From Chiloscyllium plagiosum (taxonomy: Eukaryota): 62,000 nucleotides of DNA. This document shows positions 52,700 to 62,000 of the stretch, piece by piece. Position numbers and translations under genes: made by a program. A model generated the notes under the pieces. It ran no database searches. It was given only the letters and a program-made list of their open reading frames with translations, and was not told where the DNA came from. How positions within the stretch are numbered: position 1 is the first letter of the stretch; every line of letters starts with the position of its first letter. The DNA lies in assembly GCF_004010195.1 (NCBI RefSeq), contig NC_057718.1, positions 75,931,843-75,993,842 on the forward strand, written 5' to 3'.

Positions 52700-53700
52700 T
52701 AAGACAACTTGGACTGCACATCCTCAGGTCCCTGAAGGTAGCAGGACAGATAGATAAGATGGTAAAGGAGGCATATGGAGTACTTTAAAAGCACAGCAGG
52801 TTAGGCAGCATCCGAGAAGCAGAAGTATCAACGTTTCAGGCATAAGCCCATCAGGAATGGCTTACGCCCAAAACGTAGGTTCTTCCACCCTTCAGATGCT
52901 GCCTGACCTGTTGTGCTTTTCCAGTGCCACACACTCAACTCTGATCTTCAGCATCTGCAGTCCTCACTTTCTACGTATTTCCTTCACTGGGTAAAGTACT
53001 GAACACATGCAGGGATGTAATGCTGGAACGATATAAGACACTGGTCAGGCTACAGTTGGTGGTGTGTATAGTGTATAAGGGAAATGACTTCATTTAGAAA
53101 CAGTACAGGAGACTTACAATAATGTTGCCAGGCTTAAATTACAGCTATTCTGAAATACTGGACAGGCTAGGATATTTTACTTTCTAACAGGAAGATTAAG
53201 GAGTGACTCAATTAAGACATACAAAATAACCGGTGGCTTGGGATAAAGTGGACATGTATCTATCTCCAGAAGAGAAGCCAGTTTTCAAGGGTCACAAATT
53301 TATGATTGATTGATTGATAGATAGAACAAAAAAAAGTCCATTAGAAACATCTAGAAATTGTCACCCAGTTTGATTGGTCGAGGTAGAAACCCTCAAAGCA
53401 TTCAAAATAGAATAGGTGAGACAACTTAGACTGCATGACCTCAGCTCCCTGAAGGTGTCAGGATAGGTAAATAAGGCGGGAAGGGAGGTATATGGGATAC
53501 TGGCCTTCACTGGGTGAACTAGTGAATACAAACGAAACGATGTATTGGATCTGGATCTGCATCTGAAGTGCTGTAACCTTCAAATCTACAGACTAGGTAC
53601 TGGAAATTGGATTAGAATGGGTGACTAGTTTATTCATCTGTGAAAACAATGAGCTGAATGGCCTCTCCATTGTCAATTTTCGATGGCTCCACAGTTTTAC
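52700..53700 (+). mobile_element. Degenerate CR1 3' region with a nested fold-back element and a local duplication
   Basis: CR1 C-terminal remnants (ML..YKTLVR). Confidence 0.6.
52787..52972. mobile_element. Family B fold-back element, second copy
   Basis: Homologous to 4002-4214, with the same centre and tail. Confidence 0.8.
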
Positions 53701-53789
53701 ACAACTAGGGATGTCATGGCCAAACTGTTGGAGGTTTGTCTTTAATACAGACACTGAGCTCCAGTGAGGCTCAACACATCCTCCATTTA

Positions 53790-54497
53790 GAGTCATAGAA
53801 ATGTACAGCATGGAAACAGACACTTCGGTCCAACCTGACCCCCCGACCAGATATCCCAACCCAATATAGTCCCACTTGCCAGCACCCGGCCCATATCCCT
53901 CCAAACCTTCCTATTCATATACCCATCCAAATGCCTCTTCAATGTTGCAATTGTACCAGCCTCCACCACTTCTGCTGGCAGCTCATTCCATACACTTAAC
54001 ACCCTCTCCTTGTAAATCTTTTCTGAACCCTTTCAAGTTTCACAACATCTTTCCGATAGGAAGGAGAACAGAATTGCACGCAATATTCCAACAGTGGCCT
54101 AACCAATGTCCTGTACAGCTGCAACATGACCTCCCAACTCCTGTACTCAATACTCTGACCAATAAAGGAAAGCATGCCAAACACCACCTTCACTATCCTA
54201 TCTACCTGCGACTCCACTTTCAAGGAGCTATGAACCTGAACTAAAGGTCTCTTTGTTCAGCAACACTCCTTAGGACCTTACCACTAAGCGTATAAGTCCT
54301 GCTAAGATTTGCTTTACCAAAATGTAGCACCTTGCATTTATCTGAATTCAACTCCATCTGCCACTTCTCAGCCCATTGACCTACCTGGTCCAGATCCTGT
54401 TGTAATCGGAGGTAACCCTCTTCGCTGTCCACTACACTTCCAATTTTGGTGTCATCTGCAAACTTACTAAATGTACCTCTTATACTCGCATCCAAAT
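53790..54497 (-). mobile_element. CR1 (HER1-like) 3' fragment with an internal deletion; same family as 9831-13753
   Basis: FADDTK and LEYCVQF motifs; 3' UTR closely similar to 13630-13750. Confidence 0.92.
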
Positions 54498-55076
54498 TAC
54501 AACTTTCAGGACTCAATATCAAGTTTAATAAACTAACAGCATGAACACTTTCCAAGTTGAATACCCCCCACCACAATTCCAGGTCCTGTCACAATATGGG
54601 TTCCTTTCAGCACAGCCAACCCATTTTCACTTACTCACACCCCCCATTATCAGCTTCTCTTCTTCCCTGACTGGCTATCAACAATGCCTTTTCCTGCCTA
54701 ACCCTTTTTTTCCCCTCTTTCTGCAGACTCCATCTCCATCTATCCCTAGGCCAAAATTCCACTAGCCTTCTTTATTATTTTCTCCACCTACTCATGACAT
54801 TTTTAAGGTGTATGTGCATGAACTCCTGAGTCTTTTTGCACATCCACTATATTTATCATCATACCATTTAGAAAATACCCATTTTATTCTTTTTCGGTTC
54901 ACTTACTTACAGTGAACTCTATCTGCAAGTTTTGTCCATTCACTCAAGTCTAATAATATCCCTTTGCAATGTTATGCTAGCATCTACACCATTTACAATC
55001 CTACCTAACTTTGTGTCATCAGCAAATTCGGATATATAACTGTCTATGCCATTATCAAAATCCAGTTTTCTGGAGA

Positions 55077-55374
55077 CTAGATTACTTAGTGTGGAAACAG
55101 GCCCTTCGGCCCAACAAGTCCACACCGACCCGCCGAAGCGCAAATCACCCAGACCCATTCCCCCACCTTTACCCTTTCACCTAACACTGCGGGCAATTTA
55201 GCATGGCCAATTCACCTAACCTGCACATTTTTGGATTGTGGGAGGAAACCGGAGCACCCGGGGGGAAACCCACGCAGACACTGGGAGAATGTGCAAACTC
55301 CACACAGAGTCGCCTGAGGCGGGAATTGAACCCAGGCTGTGAGGAAGCAGTGCGAACCACTGTGCCACTGTGCC
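55077..55374 (-). mobile_element. HE1-type V-SINE
   Basis: Homologous to 50660-50987. Confidence 0.9.
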
Positions 55375-55984
55375 TTTCACCAACGTTTTGAGCTATACTT
55401 GAAAACTTGGCTGCCCACAATTGTAAATCTTTGGCAACTGTTTTGAACAATAGAAGTTACTACTAAAACCATTTTGATACACGGTTAAAGCTAAAAAAGA
55501 AAAATAGCTTATGTAAGCCAGAAATGCAGCATTGCAATCCCAACATTAAGAGAACAAGCATTCCTTTTCCAATCCCAAGAAACACGCTAGTAACAGGTAT
55601 AAATCCAATTGAAAGCTTTAACAGGAACATTTGCAACAGTACAAATTAAATCAAGAGGAAGATTGCTAAATCGTAAATCAATGGAAAATGAAGCTTACAT
55701 ATATGGATTTGACTGGGCAGATCAGAAGGCACAAGCACCACTCATCTTTTCCCAATATCATTACTTTATGAAAATATCATAGCATGCATCAATTGGCAGC
55801 CTAGAATCCATGTCAACTTCAGGCAACTTTCAACCTATGATGCACTTTGTTATTATAAAGCAAAATATCCAATGTTTCATGCATTAATGTGGTTAGCAAG
55901 AAAAGCACATGACCTTATTAACAGGTTGCATGCACTATGTCAATGAATAAAATAAGGAACCATTTGTTACACTATTTTTACTGA

Positions 55985-56198
55985 GCTTAACTCAGTTAGT
56001 TGGACAGCTAGTTTGTGGTGCAGAGTGACTCCAACAGCATGGGTTCAATTCTAACATTGGTTGAGGTCATCATGAAGGATTGCTTCTCAACCTCTCTCAG
56101 AAATAGTGACCCTCAGGTTAAACCACCACTGGTCATCTCTTTCTCTCTCTCTCTCTCTCTCTCGTGGTCTAGAAAGACAAATGTTGACTTTACTTTTA
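55985..56198 (+). mobile_element. tRNA-derived SINE, second family, with an internal (TC)n expansion
   Basis: B box gggttcaattc, core gtgaccctcaggttaaaccaccac. Confidence 0.7.
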
Positions 56199-56228
56199 TT
56201 GAGCTAAGATGCTATTACATTTAAAATA

Positions 56229-56545
56229 GGGTGGCATGGTGGCTCAGTGGTTAGCACTGCTGCCTCACAGCGCCAGGGTCCCAGGTTCAATTCCAGCTGT
56301 GGGCGACCGTGCAAACTCCACACAGACATTCTCCCAGTGTCTGCGTGAGTTTCCTCCAGGTACTCCGGTTTCCTCCCACATTCCAAAGATGTGCAGGTCA
56401 GGTGAATTGGCCATGCTAAATTGTCCATAGTTGTTAGGTGCATTAGTCAGAGTGGGGCGAATTACTCTTCGGAGCGTCGGTGTGGACTTGTTGGGCCGAA
56501 GGGCCTGTTTCCACATTGTAGGGAATCTAATCTAAACTAATCTAA
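56229..56545 (+). mobile_element. HE1-type V-SINE, full length
   Basis: A box tggctcagtgg, B box ggttcaattcc, (TCTAA)n tail. Confidence 0.92.
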
Positions 56546-57087
56546 AAAAATCAAGTTCATGAGAATTAAACATTGTTACTTGTTAAAAACCAGGTCTTCA
56601 AAGTGTAGGCAGAGTTTTCACTCTGTCTTATATGCAATGGCAAGATACTATTTCATATTTCGGTTCTCTCAGGGAAACTCCAGTTAGAGTCACTGCAGGA
56701 CTAGCTTCAGATTAATAAGCATATTTGGTCAATTCCTAGAAGGGAAATAAGTTACATTCCTTTGGAATAGAAGGATTTCATACTTCTGGAAAACTGCCAG
56801 CTATAAATTAGTTAAATATTAATTCAGAATCAATCTCTAACCATTTCAAAAATGACTAATGATGTGCTTTAAAAAAACTGAGACAAACAGATGAAATTGC
56901 TCCCGTGCTATGAAATATGTGAAGGTCATCAAGTGTTGTGTAATTGTTGTATAGTTTACTAAACATTTTACATAGAGAAGAGTTCAACTGTCAAAAGAAT
57001 CTTGTGCTCAGGTATGGCAGACAGACATTACAGGTTGTTCGCTAAACAGAAGTATTAAGTGCTCCAAAGGTCACATTTCCTACTTAC

Positions 57088-57157
57088 AATTATCTTCTAC
57101 ATCCTTTTTATTATCTTCTTCTGCAGGAAAAACCTGGTTGACTGGTGCTAGAAATGT
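57088..57157 (-). CDS. MYO6: MYO6 coding exon (human exon 3 equivalent), [23 protein letters not shown](C)
   Basis: 70 nt; ttccag acceptor, gtaagt donor. Read manually; absent from the ORF track. Confidence 0.95.
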
Positions 57158-58782
57158 CTGGAAGAAACAAAAGCTTTGTGTTAATGAGATTCTGGACAGG
57201 CAGAGAGGCTTTCACAGAACAAAAATACTATCAGCTGTGTACTTGACCATCAATAGAAAAAATGAATGAGTTCCGACTAATTCTGTAATCCAAGTACTGG
57301 ACCCCAATTGGAATAGTGTGACCAATTCAGGACATGGCATTTTCAGAAGAATGGGAAAGCATTAGAAAAGGTGCAGAAAATATGACAATTGTTTTAGGAA
57401 TGATGTTACATGGATAGAATGGAGAACTGGTGTTCCTCTCTAGATGTGAAACTGCAAAGAGAAGATTTAATGATTTTATAATTATATGCTTCCATGAAGC
57501 ACACATTTTTGGAATACAATTTTCAGTTTTGAGAGTGAAATTTTTAAATGCAAGTCAAATGAAGCTGGCAAGCAGACAGAGAGTAATTGCAATTTAAAGG
57601 TTTGTCCAAGCTTATTAAATAAAGTCAGGATTGGAAGTGGGGAACTACTGAACAATGTGCTACATTTCTCAGTTTTTCTGAAGGTAACAGAATTTCTACA
57701 ACTGCCTTGAGTTTAAATTGTTCATACAATGTCCCAGAACAAAGGGAAGTTTCAAAATTTAAAAAACATTTATACAAAGCCTGTATGGATTACTGGCTCG
57801 GCCAACATTTACTGCCCAACAAAAGGTGATGAGTCACTACCTGGAACTGTTGCAGGGGAAGAAACAGTAAATGGACTCAGTGCAGACACAACCACAATAC
57901 TATTAAGCAAGGGGATCCACGATTTTGTCCCAGAAACAGCGACGTAGTAATATTTAGTTCCAAGTAAGGGTGTACAGGTATTACAGGCTGGTAGTGGTGT
58001 TTCCATGCATCTCCTACCCTGGTCCTTCTGAAGGTTGCTGGGTTAGGTGGTGCTGTCGTATGTGTGCACATATGCGGGGTTGGGGGGGTGGAGTCATGCA
58101 GTGCTTCTTGTAGATGGTACACACTGCTGCCACTGTGCATTAGTTGCAAAGGCAGCAAATACTGAAGCTGGTAATTGGGAGGCCAAATCAAGTGGGCTTC
58201 TTTTTCCTTAATGGTGTCAAGCTTTGACTGTTGTTGGAATTGTTCCCATCCAGGTGAGAGCTTTCCACCACACACCTGACATGTACCTTGTAGATGGTGG
58301 AAAAGGTTTGGGGAGTGAGGTGGTGAGGCACCTGCTACAGGATTCCTACCCTCTGACCTGCACTTGTAGCCACTGTATTTAAGTTTCTTGTCAATGGCAT
58401 CACCCAAGAAGTTAAAAGTGGGAGATTAAATGATGGTAATTCAATTGAATACCAAGAGATAACGTATAGATTCTCTCAGAGATGATCATTGCACTGAATT
58501 TGTATACAAACTGCTTCAGTATTAAAAAGAATCGCCAATGATGCTAAACAATCCAAGCCTCTGACCTGCTCATGCAGCCACTGCATTTACATGGCTAGTC
58601 AAGTTCAGTTTCTGGTCAATAGTAACTTCTATCTATGTTGATAATGTGGAAAATCAATGACAGTAAAGCAATTAAATATCAAAGGGCAATTGTTACATTC
58701 TCACTTGTTAGAGAAATTCATTGCCTGGCATTTGTGTTGCACAACTGTTACTTGCTACTTATCATTTTAAGCCTGGATATTA

Positions 58783-59088
58783 TAGATTAGATTAGATGAC
58801 TTAGTGTGGAAACAGGCCATTCAGCACAACAAGTCCACACCGACCCTCTGAAGAGCAACCCACCCAGACCCATTCCCCTACATTTACCCCTTCACCTAAC
58901 ACTACGGGCAATTTAGCATGGCCAATTCACCTAAACTGCACACCGTTGACTGTGGGAGGAAACAGGAACACCTGGAGGAAACCCACGCAGACACGGGGAG
59001 AATGTGCAAACTTCACAGACAGTTGTCAGAGGCAGGAATTGAACCAGAGTCTCTGGCGCTGTGAGGCAGAAGTGCTAACCACTGTGCC
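58783..59088 (-). mobile_element. HE1-type V-SINE
   Basis: Homologous to 50660-50987. Confidence 0.9.
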
Positions 59089-59166
59089 AGGTCTTGCTGC
59101 GATTGGGCATGGACTGCTTAAATATCTGAGGAAACTCAAATGGAGCTGTAAATTTTGCAATTATTA

Positions 59167-59298
59167 GGGCAGCAGGGAGGCTCAGTGTTTAGCACTTCTG
59201 CCACTCAACACTTAGAACCCAGGTTCGATTCCAGCCTCTTCACAGGTGCAGTGTGGACTCGATGGGCTAAATGGCCCGCTTCCACACTGGAGGGATTT
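59167..59298 (+). mobile_element. HE1-like mini-SINE (tRNA head joined to LINE tail, central domain absent)
   Basis: ggctcagtg...ggttcgattcc head followed directly by gtgtggactcgatgggctaaatggcc...ttccacactg.agggatt. Confidence 0.7.
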
Positions 59299-59549
59299 TG
59301 TGTTTCTATTATCAGTGAACATCCCATTTCTGATTTTACAATGGAGGGAAGGTTATTCCTGCAGATATGAGGAGTGTAGTGTTTGGACTCTAACAACCAC
59401 AACCTTGTCAATTATCTCAGGTATGACTCCAACCAGTGAAGTTTTCCTCCACTCCCATCGATCCCTGTTTTGCTGGGGCTCCTTGATACCACACTTGGTC
59501 AATGTTAAGGGCAGTCATTGTCTGTTGCCTCTGGAATTCAGCTCTTTAT

Positions 59550-59822
59550 GACCATAAGACATAGGAGCAAAAATTAGGCCACTCAGACTATCGAGTCTGC
59601 TCTGCCATTCAATCATAATTGATAAGTTTCTCAACCCCATTCTCCCGCTTTCTCCCCATAACCCTTAAATCAAGAACCTATCTATCTCAGTCATAAATAT
59701 ATTCAGTGACCTGGCCTCCACAGCCTTCTATCACAATGAATTCCATCGATTCACCATTCTCTGATTGAAAGAGGTTTCTTTGCCTCCCTGTTTTAAAAGG
59801 TCCTCCTTTTACTCTATGGATG
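59550..59822 (-). mobile_element. CR1 3' end fragment
   Basis: Homologous to 42956-43240. Confidence 0.85.
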
Positions 59823-60087
59823 TAATGAGGTGGGGAGCTGAGTGGCTCAGTCTATTGGCATTGCTGAGAAAGTGCTACCTGATCGGTGTTGATAATACTT
59901 CCTATCAATCACTTTGCTAATGATCAAGGGTAGACTGATGGAGTTGTAATTGGCTGGGTTCCATTTGTCCTGCATTTGGGCAACCCTCCACATTCTAGGG
60001 TAGATGCCAGAATTATAGCATGACTAATATAGCTTGACTAGGGGTTTGGTTAGTTCTGGAGTGTGTATTTCAGTACTATTGTCAATG

Positions 60088-60618
60088 TAGAATAGAATAG
60101 AATAGCCTTTGTCACATTTACTCAGTGAGTACAGTGAAAAGTTTATAAGTCTCCAATTACAGCATCAACTTAGATACAAACGTACCTAGGCACAACTTCT
60201 TTAGTTACAAGACTTTAGACAAGAAAGAAATAAAATTTCCAGCAATACACAAGAGGGTTCAGTACAGCAGACCATGCTGGCACAGTTTCCGAACCGGGCC
60301 AGCAACTCACCACGCCAGGAGGCCACACTGCCTCCCCGTGCTGCCAGGCTGCCGCCCCGCAATGCCTCTCCTGCACCACAAGGCAGTTGCGACATGCCAG
60401 AAGGCCCTTACAGGCGGAGGCCACCACACTGGACCAGGAGGCTGCTCCAGAAAGACACCCAGCCATGCCGGGGATCGTCACTGGCCAAAGGCCGGGAGTC
60501 AAAGACAGAGAAGGAGGAGAAAGGAAGCACTAGAAGGAATAAGAAAAAAAGAGAAAGAAAAGGAAAGCAGGTGGAACAAAAGCTCCAGCTACAGCGCCCT
60601 TCTCCCTCGCCATCTTGC
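60088..60618 (-). mobile_element. Non-autonomous LINE-tailed element with a GC-rich body
   Basis: Starts caagatggcg on the minus strand and ends cttttcactgtac...gtgacaaagg(ctatt)n. Confidence 0.6.
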
Positions 60619-61331
60619 TACACAATATTGTTAGGATCCAAGTCTTGACAGTTCCCAATAACTTCAAATGTTTTGCAATATCACATAAGGTGTATCAAAT
60701 TGGTTGAAGACTGTCAGCTGCAATGCGGGAAGGAGGCCAAGATGGATTATTCGCTCTACAGTTCTGGTGGAGGATGAGTGAAAATGATTCAGCCTCTTCT
60801 TTTGCACTGATGTGCAATGGGCTTGCCTATTGGGATATTTGTGGAGTCTCCATCTGTTATTCAATTGTCCACCAACAATCATGACTGGAAGCAGGACAGT
60901 AGAGCTGAGATCTAGAATGTGGATTGTGGGATTAATAGTTCTATATAACACATTCTGCTTCTGACATGCAGTGTGCAAGCAGTCAGATTGTAGAATCATC
61001 AGATTTATAATTTCTTTTTAACATATGCCTGTTATTCCTGACATGCTGTCCTTCACACATTGAGCCATAGCTGATCTTCCAGCTTGATGGCAATCATAAC
61101 ATGGAGGTTATACCAGGCCATAAGGTTGCAGATTGTGGTTTGCTACAATTCAGGTACTGCTGGTGCTTAGTGCCTCATGAATGGCCAGTTTTAATTTGCT
61201 AGGTCTGTTTGGAGTCTATTCCACTGAGCATAATGGTACTGCTGCACAACATGACACAGGATAATCACAATGTGAAAACAATACATCAGCTCCAGGAAGA
61301 CTGTGCACTGTTCAATCTGACTGACACGATG

Positions 61332-61671
61332 ATTAGATTAGATTATCTTAGTTTATGTACAGTGTGGAAATAGGCCCTTCGGCCCAACAAGTCTACACTG
61401 ACCCTCCGAAGAGCAACCCATCCAGATCCATTCTCCTACATTTACCCCTGTCTAATCCACCTAACACTATAGGCAATTTTGCATAGTCAGTCAATTCACC
61501 CGACCTGCACATTTTTGAACTGTGGGAGGAAACAGGAGCACCCGGAGGAAACCCACAGAGACATGGGGAGAATACGCAAACTCCATACAGACAGTTGCCC
61601 AAGGCGGGAATCGAACCGAGTCCCTGGTGCTGTGAGGCAGCAGTACTAACCACTGAGCCACCGTGCCGCCC
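61332..61671 (-). mobile_element. HE1-type V-SINE, full length
   Basis: Head gggcggcacggtggctcagtggttag, V-domain and tail. Confidence 0.92.
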
Positions 61672-62000
61672 CGTGATGGGCAGATGTATCTGTGACAGTT
61701 AGATTGATGAGGGCGATGTTAAGTAGATTTCTACCTGCTAATCACAACAGATCCAGTCTGGGAGCTATAAATTTTCAGACTTTACCAGCCTGGGTTGGTA
61801 GTAATACTACTAAGCCACTCTTGGTGATGGACCCTTGCTCAGAGTCACACACATTACATACCTTTCCTACCCTCAATGCTTCTTCAAGTTGGTGTTCACG
61901 ACAGAGGAGTAAAGATCCATCAAGTCAGAGGAGCGAGAAGGTGATTATCAGCAGTTTGTCTTATCCATTTCTGACCTATACCTGAGACTGTATGAGGTAT

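Larger units (their letters stand above)
57805..62000 (-). mobile_element. Old CR1/L2-type LINE remnants fragmented by later insertions
   Basis: LINE-like sequence resumes on both sides of the SINEs at 58783, 59167 and 61332; no intact ORF. Confidence 0.55.

Noticed and set aside
57158..62000. MYO6 ATG-containing exon or promoter, including the GC-rich patch at 60270-60500
   Set aside because: No MEDGKPVW-like coding sequence was found, and the GC-rich patch lies inside a repeat with a sister copy at 44893-45430.

Overview
This is vertebrate genomic DNA, almost certainly from a shark or other elasmobranch, judged from its HE1/V-SINE, HER1-like CR1 LINE and Deu-domain SINE content. The only host gene I can support is myosin VI (MYO6) on the minus strand. 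Eleven consecutive coding exons are present (equivalent to human exons 3-13, c.118-1381, 1264 nt). All have GT-AG boundaries, and together they give a continuous reading frame through the N-terminal region, P-loop (GESGAGKT), switch I (NNNSSRFG), myosin VI insert-1 and switch II (DIAGF). The ATG exon lies beyond 62000 and the rest of the gene lies before position 1. The introns are packed with CR1/L2-type LINE relics (one near full length), Penelope-like elements (PLEs), several SINE families and a solo LTR. Three N-gaps all fall inside young transposon copies. The most interesting observations are: (1) an apparently intact minimal hammerhead ribozyme at a PLE 3' end, plus three families of ~200-bp fold-back elements built from PLE ends and centred on hammerhead motifs; (2) a perfect A-B-A-B' rearrangement forming a 65-bp hairpin next to exon 4; (3) a tRNA-Ser relic apparently split by the near-full-length CR1; (4) a 15-nt inverted pair bracketing exon 7; (5) repeated short-range non-tandem duplications. 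There are no prokaryotic systems or CRISPR arrays. Family names and human exon and residue numbers come from memory and need database confirmation.
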